NCBI GenBank assembly: GCA_050575255.1
Contig: JBNZDD010013425.1
Span: forward strand, 372,001 to 436,000
Length of the DNA stretch: 64,000 nucleotides
Direction: 5' to 3'
DNA from: Harriotta raleighana
Taxonomy: Eukaryota
The notes under the pieces are model-generated. The model saw nothing but the letters and a program-made list of their open reading frames with translations, did not search any database and was not told where the DNA came from. Both the position numbers and the translations under genes were made by a program. Position 1 is the first letter of the stretch. Each line of letters starts with the position of its first letter. Below are positions 51,080-64,000 of the stretch, in pieces.

Positions 51080-51790
51080 ATAGGACTTGAACCAGGAAAG
51101 GTCAGTCCTACTGAGGTGGATGAGAGAGGAGAGATGATCGAGGAGGATGACTGTGGAAGGCAGAGGAGAGGGTCCAGGAGGGCAAGAAGTCAGAGGGTGC
51201 TCCAGTCACAGAGAAATTTGTAACTTTAAAGAGCGCTGTCTGAGGCTTGTGAACAAGGTGGAAACTGGACTGGATGAACTCAAAAAGGAAGTGGGGAGAA
51301 AAAGGTGTGAGTGAATTTGATTGGCAAGGACTGCTCCAGGACTTCAGAAAGGAATGGCAGGTTTGTGAAGGGCTAGTATTTAGCGAAGATTGGTGGATCA
51401 AGGGTAGTCTCCCGAGGAGGGAGGAGATGCTTGCACTTTTTAGGGGGTGGAACTCTACCAGAGGAGAGGGACAGGTTGACTATGTCCCCTGGGACAGATG
51501 TAATAGATGAGTGGTCAGCAGCTGGGTGAGGAGGGGTCGAAGTAGCAGTGGTAGGTTTCATCTGATTGATGGTATTGAGGGACGAGGTAAAAATGGGGGG
51601 GAAACAAGTGTATGAAGAGAGCAATGAGAGTCCTGAGAGAAGAGAATCCTGAAAGCCTAGAGCAGAAAGGCAAGAGGAATCGGCCAAGCGGATGCTTCTT
51701 TTTGATTAAAGAAGTCCAGGATCTCTGACATAGGGATTGAGGGTACTTGAAAGTGAGGCAAGGAGGAGGTGATGTGTGGTGCTTGACTTC
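51080..51790 (-). mobile_element. Old L2 LINE ORF2 fragment
   Basis: Minus-strand DIVNLSLSSGRVP, TTLDPPIFAKY, QTALFKVTN-like motifs. Confidence 0.7.
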
Positions 51791-51824
51791 ATCAACTCAA
51801 AGATTGAAACCATCCACTTGGCTA

Positions 51825-52081
51825 CATTGTACTTTTCACGTCTTCGACACATCTCAAAACAAAATTAATTGGCTGAATATTTTGTGGGTGAAATGCACAG
51901 CCAATTGCAGACAGGTGTGTCCCACCAACAGTCATGGATTGAGTGACCAAATTGTGTTTTTTTTCTTGTGGAATTATTATTAGGGTTAAGGAAACTTTCC
52001 CAAGGTTTCGCTTTTCTGGGAATCAAACCCAGATCTCTCGCTTTCGAAGCAAGTGCTCTAACCACTAAAATACAAGACTTC
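51825..52081 (-). mobile_element. SINE of the dominant family
   Basis: Core and head on minus. Confidence 0.85.
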
Positions 52082-52084
52082 TGT

Positions 52085-53530
52085 AGAATTCATCTGCCTT
52101 AGTGGAGCTGCACTCGGATGGTTCGAGTCCAACTTAACCATCCGCCTCTATTTCATCTCGGCAAATGGTTTCTCCTCTCGTCCCATCACTTGCAGGGTAC
52201 CCCAAGGCTCCATCCTTGTCCTTCTATTTCCTGTCTATTTGCTCCTTCCGAGCGATGTCATCCGCAGACACAGGATAAACATCAACAGGTATGACACACA
52301 AATTATTTTGCCTCCTCCAGTACCAACTCAAGGTCCATTGATCTTCTTCCAGCTTGTCTGGCAGATATCAGGGCCTTGATGAGTGTAAACTTCCTGTAGA
52401 TGAATGGGACAACAAAGAAACCACACTCCTTGACTCCCATCAATGTCTTCACTCCTATGGTTCTAAATACTTCAACTGCCCTGGGCTGTTCCTCAGACTC
52501 ACCGAACTAGTGCGCAATGTAGGCATCCAGTTCAACCCCCAGCTGTCTTTCCATCATGGGAGCTCCTGTGGCTGTGGTTAGGAGCACTCACCTTACAAAG
52601 TTTCCTTACTCCACACGCCTAATAATAATCCCTCCAAAGAAAACACAATAATAAAATTGGTCATTTCAATCCATGACTGTTTGTGGGGACGCTGCTGTGC
52701 GCAATTGGCTGCCGCGTTCCACCCACAAATATACAGTCAATGCACTTTACAGTATATTCTGTGAAGCGCTTTGGGACTTCGATAAGATGTGAAAAGCACT
52801 ATATCAAATGCAAGGATTATTATTACCCACACATCCGGTTGCTGACCAGGACTGCCTTCTTCCACCTCCACCACATTGTCCAGCTGCAACCGTATCTTAC
52901 CTCGAATGCAGCCAAAAACTTTGTGCACGCGTTTGTCCTCTCCCACTTGGATTAATCAAACACATCCTCGTTTGTCTCCCCAGCTCAACTATTCAAAAGA
53001 TATTAGTAGAATTTCTCCCCTTTTTGCGTCTATTATCTTTATAAAATAGTGTTTTGTTTCTCACAAATAATTTTCAGCATTAAGGAATACAAACCAAATG
53101 GGAATATGAATCCATATTGTAACTTGGATGAAACTCCGCACCCATATCTGACCAGTTCCTGCCAGGCTCCACTTGTGTTCAAATCCCTTGACTCTCTGGC
53201 TTCTCCATATCTCTCTGACCTCTTCATTCCCCAAGCAACTCAGACTGACCGAACCAGTGCGCAATCTAGGCATCCGGTTCAACCCCCAGGTGTCTTTCCA
53301 TCGTGAAGCTCCTGTGGCTGTGGTTAGAGCACTCGATTGCACTCTGCTCGATTGGCCCTGGCCTCCTGCTTGTCCCTCGCATCCTCTGAGGTTGTGCTTT
53401 CAGCCAATATGCTCTGACACTCTGGAACACTCTCTGTTGATCCCTCCATCTTAAGTGCTCTGCCACTGTTAAGTGCTCTAAGACGCTACCGTGCATGGAG
53501 GGTGCAATACAAGTTCAAGTTGTTATTGTT
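52085..53530 (+). mobile_element. L2 LINE RT/3' fragment with nested SINE (52558-52826)
   Basis: [26 protein letters not shown], then after the SINE PHIRLLTRTAFFHLHHIVQLQPYL; L2 tail at about 53480-53530. Confidence 0.85.
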
Positions 53531-54656
53531 TGGGGCCTCCAGGACATTGTTGGGAGTAAAATGTGATTCGGACTTTTTTGAGGAAGTAGCAGTAAGTTTG
53601 GAGATGTTCGAGCCAGATCTGGCGGTAAACCATCAGGCTGGATTTGTGCCATTGACTAAATAGGACTTGGATTTAAGTTTCAGAGAGAGCTGGTTTACCA
53701 AGGGGAATGGGAGGAAACAAAAGTTGCAAAGTTTTTAAAGTTTAAAACAACATTAACAAAGTTAAAAGAGTCAAATACTGTAGTTTTGTTTAAGATGAGC
53801 TCTGACAGCTGAATTTGTTGACGATGCTAAGATGTGCTTCAAATAATCACAAAAATGAAAATTTGCTGGGGCACAACATTAAAGCACATTACAAACTGGG
53901 ACTCTAAAATCAAAAGCATATCAAACAAACAAGTTTTCAAAAGGAACATTGCTTCTGGGAAGGGGGCGGAGTATGAATGAATGATATATAAATAGTGATG
54001 ATCCTTACATTTGATACAGTACCTTTCATGGTAGGACATGTCAAAGTGCTTCACAGGATTTATTGTAGACTGTGTGTTTGATGCAATAAAAAAAATGCGC
54101 AATTGAAACTGAGCAACAATTAATCATTCAAATGATCGCTGCACAAAAAGAAACAGTTGCACTCATTACTATATTTTCAGAACTGTTACTTAGGCAATCA
54201 TTTAAAACGTTTATTTAAAATAATAATGCTGAAATTTGATACAGCGCCTTTCTTTCACATCAGGACGACATGTCAAAGTGCTTCACAGGATATTCTATAC
54301 ACTGATTCAAATGTGTGTTTAGTAAGAAAAGTAGAAGAATCAGATAATGTTTTGACCCTTGATATATATTTTTTTAAATGTGTTCCATTTAGATTTTGTT
54401 TACTCCTATTTTTAAAAAATAATTACTCTTCCTATTTTTGTTTTTAAAAACCTGGTTTACGAACGTACGCTGACTTTTTCACATTCCTGGGATATCAAGG
54501 TGAGGCAGAGCACAGCAGGCAAGGTAAAAGAGGAGAACAAAACAAAGACCAGAGATGTAAAATCATTAATTTACCTCCATGTATTGTTAGAACATCCACA
54601 TTGCAGCTGGCAATATTGTCTTAGTACAAAAATATTAAATAAAAACAAACATACTC

Positions 54657-54740
54657 CAGTATAAGTCTAATAATCCGGACGGTCGGGACCTGGGCGGAGC
54701 CGGATTATCAGATATGCCGGATTATTGGACGTTACTCTTA
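54657..54740. mobile_element. Probable single end of a related Tigger-like MITE
   Basis: CAGTATAAGTCTAATAATCCGGAC..GGGACCTGG..GCCGGATTA resembles the family A terminus; no partner TIR found. Confidence 0.4.
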
Positions 54741-55793
54741 GGGATGGGAGGATTTGAGTGTGCTATGCTCTTATCTATGTTACATACCTGTATAGCGAAA
54801 CCCAGAACTCTCCCCATCCCAGCGGAGCAGGCGGTCTGCCTAAAGAGGCATCGCACCCACCAAAAGTTTTTTTTTTTTCTAATGAGTGTGCTCTAGTGGG
54901 GTTTCCTGTACAATCATACATGATTTGCGTAGGATATGGGAAGAAACACTTGCTCCCACTGTTCTGAGGCAACAACTAAATTCTAGAAAGAATAAATGGG
55001 TGGAGTGGGGGTGGTGAGAGACAATGGGAGGATTAACACACGGTGGTTTGGTGTGATGCTAGGAGGTTTTTAAACATGAACACAATTTACTTCAACTTAA
55101 AGTACACACGCACTCAGACACACAACCCCCTAGAGACTGAACAAATGGAAAGGTTTAAGACAAGGCAGCATCGGTGACTTGGGCTTACAGCTGCGACATG
55201 AAAGATCAAGAAAGAGCCTAGAGATAGATTTGTTCAGACAAGGCCCAGAGAGAAAAAGTTTGCGCAGTAAACACAAAACAAATATCTGTACAAAAGATCA
55301 GAGAAAGTATAAGCCACGGGATATAGCTGAAGAAGACAATAACACATTTTCATGCATCTGGTTCCCACTAACCTAATTATCAGGATGTGTTGTAGATGGA
55401 GCAGAACATCTTTTCATAACTGGCGCACAGTTACAAGCTACCATTTTTTTGGGGGGGATAAATAACAAGCAAGAACCGATTTATAATTTACGCATGTTGA
55501 ATCACATCTCCTCCAATTTCTTTCAAGCTCTTCGAGGAATTTAAGTGTGTAATAGCCTCTATATAATAATAATCATTGCATTTGATATAGCGCCTTGTCA
55601 CGTCGTTGAAACGTCTCAAAGCCCTTCATAGAATATATTGTAAAATGAATTAAGTGTATATTTTGGCTGAGGTGTCATTCTTGCCCGCCCACTCCCTGAC
55701 TCTCCATAAGTCACTCGATAACCAGAGTGTTTATTAAGTGCTTGGAGAGTGTGAAGGGCGCAATGTAAATGTAAGTTGTTGCAAAATCATTTT

Positions 55794-56118
55794 AATAATA
55801 ATAATAATAATCCTTGCATTTGATATAGCGCTTTTCACATCTTATCGTCGTCCCAAAGCGCTTCACAGAATATACTGTAAAGTGAATTGACTGTATATTT
55901 CTGGGCACAATGCGGCAGCCAATTGCGCACAGCAGTGTCCCACAAACAGTCATGGATTGAAATGACCAATTTTATTATTGTTGTATTATTGGAGGGATTA
56001 TTATTAGGCATGTGGAGTAAGGAAACTTGCCCAAGGTTTCGCCCTGATCTGCCGGGATTCGAACACAGGTCTCATGCTTATAAGACAAGTGCTCTAACCA
56101 CTAAGCCACAGGAGCTCC
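55794..56118 (-). mobile_element. Full-length, near-consensus SINE
   Basis: (aat)n tail, intact core and head; preceded by another tail fragment at about 55564-55665. Confidence 0.93.
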
Positions 56119-56719
56119 AATTTTAATTGATTTGAAAACGTGATCTCTTTTGATGCTGTGCTGCTCCTGGTTATAAATGCAAATCTCACCCTTTTCCCCC
56201 CAGTATAAGCATTCTGAGGTCAGTTATTCACAATCTGTCAATGTCACATTGCTTGAAGTACTCCATTTGATTATAAAGTTGTCATTTTTCCTCGGAAATA
56301 ACATTGCACATATAGAGATGCAACAAATATACCCCGAAAGTAACAGTATGGGCAAAACACAGCAGCCAATTGTGCACAGCACAGTCCTACAAAGAGTCTA
56401 GATTGAGTGACCAATTTTTTTTTATGTCTAAGTGCAAGGTAGTCAATTCATGTTTCCCGGGTACATAGACTGGAGGAAATATTACCTGATAAATTACCCA
56501 AATGAGTCATTTAGGCAAGAGCACTGACAGACGATCTGACTGGTATAACCCCCACCCCCATATTCCCTTAAAGGCACATGGCAATTGCAGTACCAAATAC
56601 ACATCCTAGTACAGATCAGCTACCTCAACGCAGCTATCAAGCTTTGGAATCCATGCCACATAGTGATTCACCCACTGAACCACTGGGTGACAACAAGTAT
56701 CATCACCATTTGCCTTTGA

Positions 56720-57075
56720 AACAAAAACAACTTGGATTTATATAGCGCCCTCCACGCCAGAAGGCATCTCAGAGCGCTTCACAATAATGGATTCTGGGGC
56801 GGAGCCAGGGGGTGTGGGGAGAAAGGTGACCAAAGGCGAGGTCAAAAATAAGTCTTTAGGCGCAACCTGAAAATAGGAAGGGAGGGGGCAAGTCAGAGGG
56901 AGTGAGGAAGGGAGTTCCAGAGCCTCAGGGCACAGTGGCTGAAGGCACGGCTGCTGATGGTGGAATGGAGGATTCGGGGGACAAGAAGGAGACCAGACCA
57001 GGTAGAGCAAAGGCAACGGGTACTGTTGTGAGAAGAGAAGAGGTCAGAGAGATAGGAGGTGCAGAGGAGTGAAGC
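56720..57075 (-). mobile_element. L2 LINE 3' end
   Basis: HSTISSRAFSHCALRLWNSLPHSL on minus; tail homologous to the 33626 copy. Confidence 0.88.
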
Positions 57076-58807
57076 ATAGAGGGATTTATAATGCCGTTTC
57101 ATATAGTTGAGATGTCTCAAAGCGCTTCATAGGGCATACCTTAAATTAATTAATCCAATCTATCATGAAAAGAAATTGGTGGTTTTCACTAACCACCCTC
57201 TCCCAAAACAAACTGCATCTGTTTATATGGCTTCAAAATACTGAAGTGGACAAAACCAGAAGCAGAATCTACATTGTTTAATAACCTTTTATGTTTTAGA
57301 ATGTTATCATTTGGGGAAACATGGAAAGACTAATTTTATGCCATTTAAATCCCATGTTGGGCATATAATTAATTGTACACTATATCAAGTACAGCACTGT
57401 GCAAACAGCAACTTTGTTCCTAGCTGTTTGTGTTGGGCTTGAACCTCAAGACTCAAAAAGGGTTTTGTAGAAGCCTCTTCAACTATCAAAATCATTCAGC
57501 ATTTAACCCAATTTATTAAGTTTCCATGGGTAACTTGAATGTACTCACCTGCAAAATACTGTCATAGCTGAAACGGTGGAGTAAATAGTTTTAAAGGCTG
57601 CCCATTGCAAAATTAAGAAAAAATCACTTCAAAATTGAAAACATTTGTGGGAAGAGTTGCACAGCAAGTTAAACATACTGAGCTTTCACCTCTGGGCATG
57701 AGATCAAATTGAACCCAGAATAATTTTTATTTCACTCTCTTTCTCCTCCTGCCCCACTCTCTTTGTTTTCTCTGTACCACCTAAAAAGGCTGCGGTAAGT
57801 ATTGCACAAACCTGGTCCCGGCTGGAGCTGAGCAACAGAATATAAACTGCCATTAATCCAACTCAAACCAACATGGATAGTTGTTGTAGGAATCAGATAA
57901 TGCATGAAGATTGGGGCAAAGCTCACTTACACGAGAGAAAGAAAAGAGGAGGGAATAAGAGACAGTAATTTGAAACAATTTTCATAATGTTTTGAACAGC
58001 ACGCAGGAATAAGTTTTGCGATTTTCAGGTAATAGTGAAAATCAAAAAGTCTTTTTGCTCAAACAATGCAAGGATTAATTATTATATGAATTGTTAATAG
58101 TAATTGTAACAGGAAACAACATGTACTCCAGTCCAATTATTCAGAAAATGATATTTTAAAACTTAAAATCCATCCTACAATTTTAGGGGGGTTAGAGGAG
58201 AGAGAGAGAGGGTGGAGGAGGGTAAAATCAATCTGTATATGGCATATTTGAAAGGAGAAACACATCAAGATTTAGATTGTTCACTGGTGAGGTTTGACAC
58301 TGCATTCATCAATTTGTGTAAAAACAAACACACACACACCCGAGTAGAGAAGATCATATAGGGTTCACAAGAACTTTAAAAGAATCCTTTGTAGTTGACA
58401 ATTTGTTACTTACCATTTGTTTCTTTTTATAGAAAAAAACCCCAAAGAGATTGTTGTTTTCAATAACCAGGCATGTTTTAAAACAAGCTTAGAATAATAC
58501 CAGAGCACCAGACAAGTGCTGAAATAATTTGTTAGAATTTACACGTTGACAGGTTGCACTGTTTGTACTTATGTTCAACAGCTTTTCAACAAAAGTGTTC
58601 TGCCCTTTATTTACCAGACAAATGCTGGTTAATAAACAGACTTCCATTTGCTGGACACTTGTGAGGAATGAAGTAAACACAAACACAAGAGTGTGGGAAC
58701 AAAGGATATTACAGGAAGCCCAACAAACAAAAAAAAGGCACTGCATAAACATGAAAATAAAATTTGTTTTCTCTTTATTCAGACAGTCAAGTGAACACGT
58801 TGTTAAA

Positions 58808-58875
58808 CATATCCAAGTCTTTTAAAAACACAACATATTTATTGGATCTTTTGTGTTTTAAAAGACTTGGATATG
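58808..58875. repeat. Near-perfect hairpin: 25-bp stem with one bulge, 17-nt loop
   Basis: catatccaagtcttttaaaaacacaa ... ttgtgttttaaaagacttggatatg. Confidence 0.92.
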
Positions 58876-61800
58876 ACAGGGGAAAAAAGTTCCTTGAAGT
58901 CAGAAGCTGACAGAGAGTAGTTTTTAACCTAAACTCCACAAAATCAAATCTAAACATAAATCAAATACTGTATTCTGGGCAGATATTCTTGTTAATGCAA
59001 TTTTATTTATACAGTCGAGTATTTGGCAATACACCACTTTAAATAGATGTTGCGCATTGAACATTTTCTGCACTTTCCACTGAACTGGATCCAACTTCAA
59101 GATGCCAATCACTTCAGAATCCAAGTGCAACATACACATATTTTAGACACCACCATAGTACTTTAAATTACAAATCAAGGAATGGGCAACAGTTCCCTGC
59201 TCATTGCGTGTTTGATATTCAGAGGATCCAAAAAAAAGGTTTACGATTACATGGTTGCCATAAAAACTTACAATTCAATGAGTTACTACTTTTGTATTCC
59301 TGGGGTTTGTTCTCCCAACAAGTGGAACAGAAGAAATCTTTTATGTCCAAAATAAAAATTTGTAGTACTTCACAACCTAAGAAGGAAGTCACCCAGCAGC
59401 AGACAGGCTTATTAACTATGCTTCAATAAACTACTTCCTCAGAAAGCCTTTCATTCAAAAAGCTGTGAGAGAATTTGCATTTATTGGGTAGATCCTGTTT
59501 ACAGGTTCTCTCCAGCTCCCATGGCTGCCCCTTTTCTTTTAGTTGCCTGCTAGCAGCACCAACTCAGTCATTTCCAAGGCACCCTTTGTGCTTTACCTAT
59601 AGAAGTAGGCATGATTTCTGGCAAGTCATAAAACAATTACTGCCAAATTCTTGGCTTCTCTTTGATTTCTAGGCTTGCCTTGAGGTTCAAAGCAATTGGG
59701 GGAGCTCCTTCCACAAAACATGTTACCCTGGGCACACTGATTCCTTCGACAGGTTTTGAGATTCAAAAGATAAATGCCTTTTCAGCGCCGCAAAATGAAG
59801 CCACTTCAGGATTCAACAATAATCAAACATCTACTGGAAGACATGAAGGACAAGTAGATTGAGCTTAGTGTATCTAAAATACATAAGAGTTAACAGACAA
59901 AAGCAATTAAAAAGTGCTCAAAAGCAGCAGTAGCAAACGTGCAAAGTCTGAAAATGTACACAGAACAGTTTATAGAGAAGTTTATACTGGAGCAGCTTTC
60001 CCCTCACACCATCCTCTTTGTTTTCCAAGAGACTGACTGTCAGGCTCTTTATTCATCATGTTCCTAATTATTTGAAACGTGTCGTACAATACAATAAAAC
60101 ACTCTCTCGTACATAAAATCATGGCTTCTATACACACCACACATTTGACATAGGAAAACTTGGCTAGGCTGGGAGCATTTTTGAGTAATCCAAGCTATTT
60201 AAAATGAAAAACTGGTGTCAGGTGGCTAATTTAGGACTACAGTAATTGAAATCATGTTTTACAAATTACTTAATACAACAAAACATTGGTTCAATGCAGT
60301 ATATTATTTCATGTACTCAGGTCAGCTTGTTCCATTTCATTTCAAATAAGGCATTAGATTAGCTGTCGCTTAAACCCAAGTGGTTATTGTTCAAAAACAA
60401 TTAGCAGCAGGCCACACACGTGCTGACTAAAAGAAGCTTGCTTTGCTCTTTGTAGCTTTGCTTTTAAGAAACCAAAAATTACATGAAAATTGTATTTGCA
60501 AGTTACCTCTTCAAGCACATCCTCCTGAAGCTAACAACCTATCTTTCTAATTAAAATATATGGAAATAGGATTAGAGTCAACAGTTTAAATGGGAAATGT
60601 TAATACAGTAAGTGCGTATTCAGATTTGAACTGAAATAATTTAAAGTTAATAACACTAACAGAATGCACTAACATGGAACACCATTTAGTCTGCAAATTA
60701 TTTTCTTAGACAAACTCCAAATATGGTTGGACAAAAGGAATTTTCACTCTGGGATTATGAAATATCCTCTTTTTCAACCCCCTTCTCTTTGTAATCCGCT
60801 CCCGTTTTGAAATGAATCAATAACATTAAACTTTCTACTACGTACGGCAACCTTCAAAGAGTTAAACTTTACCAAAATCAAAACTGCATCTGAAGTCGAT
60901 TTTACAGACAACAAAGATAAAAGCTTTCCAACATGAACTGAAGGGAGATCCAGTGTGTGCAGAGTCTTTAGACATTATCAACAGGTCAAAGGACTTGTAT
61001 AATGTGGTCTTGTACTCAACCTCCACTGTAACAGACAGGTAATTTACTCTTTTGTAGCTTAATCCTACTGCCAAAAGGTAACATTTCCCTTAAGTTAACC
61101 ATGCATTCCTCATTAACCCAAATACTGTGAAAAAGGACATTCTCGTTTCCTCCTTTAAAGATATAATAATTCACATCTAATGTGATTTATATTCTTGGCT
61201 TAAGAGCTTGAAAAATTACTATGTTAATTTGCAGTAATAGATGTAAAAAAGAAAAGTTTGGTGTGCTTAAAACTGCATTTTAAGTGACCGGTTAAGAACT
61301 GGTTTGAACAAAATTGTCAGCACATGTTTAATTTTCATAACTATATTTAATGCTCCTTTTAAAGCTAATCAGTTTGGTTTCTGAAGAATTGTTCTTTGTA
61401 AATGCTACTGTTTGCAGTGCATTCTGGAGGATTATAAAGGTTGGTCTATCCATCAGATAGTCACAATTCACAAGTCTCACTCTTATTGTGAACTACAATA
61501 TCTGGTATACCTCCCTCCCCTGCTGACATAATTTAAAATATTGTATTTCAGTGTTTCTGTATCTTTTCCTGTGGCCCAAATAAGTTTGATTTGACATTTG
61601 GAATCAACTCAACATGTAGATGGTTTCACGGCGCGGAGGGGGAGGGAGAAAATAAAAGCAAAGAAAAGATAAAAACACATTTCTATACATATTCTCAGTC
61701 TAACTGAACCTCACATGGTTTCACTTTAAGCACTGGAATCAATTCGGATTGCTTTTCCTGTGGCGTCCCGACTAGAGGACAACTGTTGTGAATCAATTTA

Positions 61801-62119
61801 CACAGATTAATGCAAGACACTTAATTTTGAGACCAAATAAGAAGACTTGTGCTGGGGCTCCACATACTTAGGGAAACATTAAACACAGGTTTCAACCAAT
61901 TTTCACCATGAATATCCTATTCTCTTTTTTTTCGTGTGGGCAAGGGGGAGGTTGTTGATGAATTTATTACCTAAATATAATTTTCTCTGAATTTAAAAAA
62001 AAACTCAAATCAGCTTCCAGGATGCAAACACAATTTGCATGTCTGACTGACATGCAAATTGCACACGAAGGTAATAATAATCATAATCATTGTATTTCTT
62101 GTAACACCTTATCACAATA

Positions 62120-62563
62120 CTGTAAAACCCTGTTTATCCGTGACTCGATGAACCGGAAAACCCATTAAACTGGAACCTCAAAAAAGTCCCGATTCGGCAG
62201 CACAATGAATGAATTGATAGTTGCACGCGAGTACTGTTGTAGATACTCGGCTGGCCGCTGTCTAGTCTAAACTCGTTCCTGCTCCTTTTAAAAGTCACTG
62301 CTGCTGCCGTTTTTTTTTCCTCCATGAGATGCGGGCCACGATTGCAAAGTTAAGTATAAATAATAAAGTACTAATAANGAGATGCGGGCCACGATTGCAA
62401 CGTTAAGTATAAATAATAAAGTACTAATAATATATTCTATTATTATTTAGTCTATTATTAATATGGTATGTGTTTAAAAAAAAGTAAAAAACGTTCAACC
62501 AGAAAACCCGTTTAACCGCCACTGGCCAGATCCCGTGGGTGCCGGATAAATAGGGTTTTACTG
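62120..62563. mobile_element. MITE family A inserted into a SINE tail
   Basis: TA|CTGTAAAACCCTGTTTATCCG ... CGGATAAATAGGGTTTTACTG|TA. The flanks rejoin to a SINE 3' end (…ccttatcacaa / ttaagatgcctcaaagtgcttcac…). Confidence 0.85.
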
Positions 62564-62989
62564 TATTAAGATGCCTCAAAGTGCTTCACAACAAACCGTG
62601 TATTTTGTAGGTGAACATTTGCATATAGTAATGTCTTACAAACAGTGTGAATAACCAATTAAATCATCAAAAATGACCTCTGGACCATGGATAGTAGGCA
62701 AATGACCTCAGCATAGCAATGTTCTATGTTAAAACGCTTCAAGACAAGTTTTTAAACCACCCAAATATGTTTATTTGGTGCCAGAATCACTCACATTTCT
62801 TAAGAGTAATCAGAGTGAAGAAGCTCTTTTGGAAATGTCCTGCTAAGAAAATGAGCCAAAAATATTATTCCAGCTTTTTTTAAAAAAGTGTCCAAAAGAA
62901 ATCCCGATTTTCACCGTATTCACCTGCTCTCTACCCACTTTGATTTTCTTCCTTTCCTTGTCATGAGAAAGCCCCTGAAAAATACGAGC

Positions 62990-63785
62990 TATTAAATGTT
63001 GTAGATACAATCTAGCTTTCACGATCTTTAGACAAACAGATTCCTGTGATCTAAATGGAGGAGGCAGTATTCTGCTACAAGTTCGGTCCATAGACTTACC
63101 CTCAAGCATTCATGAGAGAATGGAAGTGATGGGGTCACAGAGCCTGGTGCGGGAGAGAACATGAGCTGCAGAGTTTTGGATGATCTGCAGCTTGTGGAGG
63201 GAAAGGTTGGGGAAGCCAACAAGGAGGTGTTTCCATAGCCGAGCCTTGAAGTGGCAAAAGCATGTATGAGGGTTTTGGTGGCCTGAAGCAGTTGCAGAGG
63301 TGATGGAAGGCAGTGCTGATCATGGTGTGGAAATGGGGAAGGAAGGACAGTTGAGGGCCAAACAAGTTGCCCAAATTCCTGACCGTCTCAGTGAGTGGAG
63401 TGTGCATCTGTGGATGTTGATGCTGCCAGTGTGGGGGTGTGGGGGCATTGGCGCAAAACAATCAAGAGGACCTTGGTCTTGCTGACATTCAGCTACAGAG
63501 GGTTGGCTCCCAATCAGGACTTGATGCCCGACAGGCAGTCTGTCAGGACGTCAGTTGTCCTGGAATAGAGGATGGTGGCAGAGAGATAGAGATGGGTATC
63601 ATCCAGGTGGAAGTTCAACCCATGTCTGGAGATGATGTCACCAAGGAGGGGAATGTAGAGATTGAAAAGGAGGGGACCAATGTCAGGGACACAGGAGACG
63701 GTGCGGGGCCTGGAAGAAAAACCATCGGCGGAGATAAACTGGAGACGGTGTGACAGATAAGACCTGAACTATTCAAGGACAGAAC
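62990..63785 (-). mobile_element. Old L2 LINE RT fragment
   Basis: Minus-strand LTETVRNLGNLFGPQLSFLPHF and STAFHHL motifs. Confidence 0.75.
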
Positions 63786-64000
63786 ATTGAAGGTTGAGGC
63801 GAGAGGAAAATAAGAGAAACGATAAATTTTAGCACATAATGAATGGAGTCATCATCAGTCCTGCTATTATTGGGACTCTCATGTCTGGCCATATATTTTT
63901 TAAAAAGCAGCGTTTCTTCACTCACTTTGCCCAAACCCTCACTCCCATTGTTTGAACTAGAACATACTAATGGTGAAGAGGCATCAAGTTTCCACACACA

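Larger units (their letters stand above)
19732..64000 (-). other. MLLT3: Large MLLT3 intron (equivalent to intron 2), open at the window end
   Basis: No sequence encoding the N-terminal YEATS half (…THDWMVFVRG…FPRPKR) seen upstream of the 19731 acceptor. The region is repeat-rich. The equivalent human intron is also very large. Confidence 0.8.

Noticed and set aside
57540-57605. Strong minus-strand donor GCAG|gtgagt at about 57549
   Set aside because: Nearby acceptors give no frame-preserving or homologous exon; expected by chance.
1-64000. CRISPR array, operon or prokaryotic defence system
   Set aside because: The sequence is a spliced vertebrate locus; the recurring 30-70 bp motifs are dispersed SINE/LINE tails, not regularly spaced repeats.

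Overview
Vertebrate genomic DNA, not prokaryotic. The repeat content (tRNA-headed Deu/CORE-type SINEs, L2 and CR1/HER LINEs, TA-flanked MITEs) points to a cartilaginous fish, probably a chimaera such as Callorhinchus; this is inference. The whole window lies inside one minus-strand gene, MLLT3 (AF9, YEATS-domain super-elongation-complex subunit). Four coding exons are visible: 19649-19731 and 17588-17731 (C-terminal half of the YEATS domain), 8613-8735 (an extra 41-aa exon resembling the MLLT1/ENL exon that canonical human AF9 lacks) and 2930-3523 (large Lys/Ser-rich exon with only 6 serines where human has a long poly-Ser). Everything from 19732 to 64000 is one large intron densely filled with decayed retroelements and MITEs. 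Nearly all other ORFs in the track are spurious or LINE remnants. I found no convincing novel multi-gene system. The best leads are the ENL-like exon with competing splice donors, a fossil non-LTR reverse transcriptase unlike the local L2/CR1 elements (about 43.6-44.9 kb), several locally templated direct and inverted duplications, and a pre-miRNA-sized hairpin at 58808-58875. Three 'n'-centred tandem duplications look like assembly artefacts. Repeat boundaries were read by eye and are approximate.
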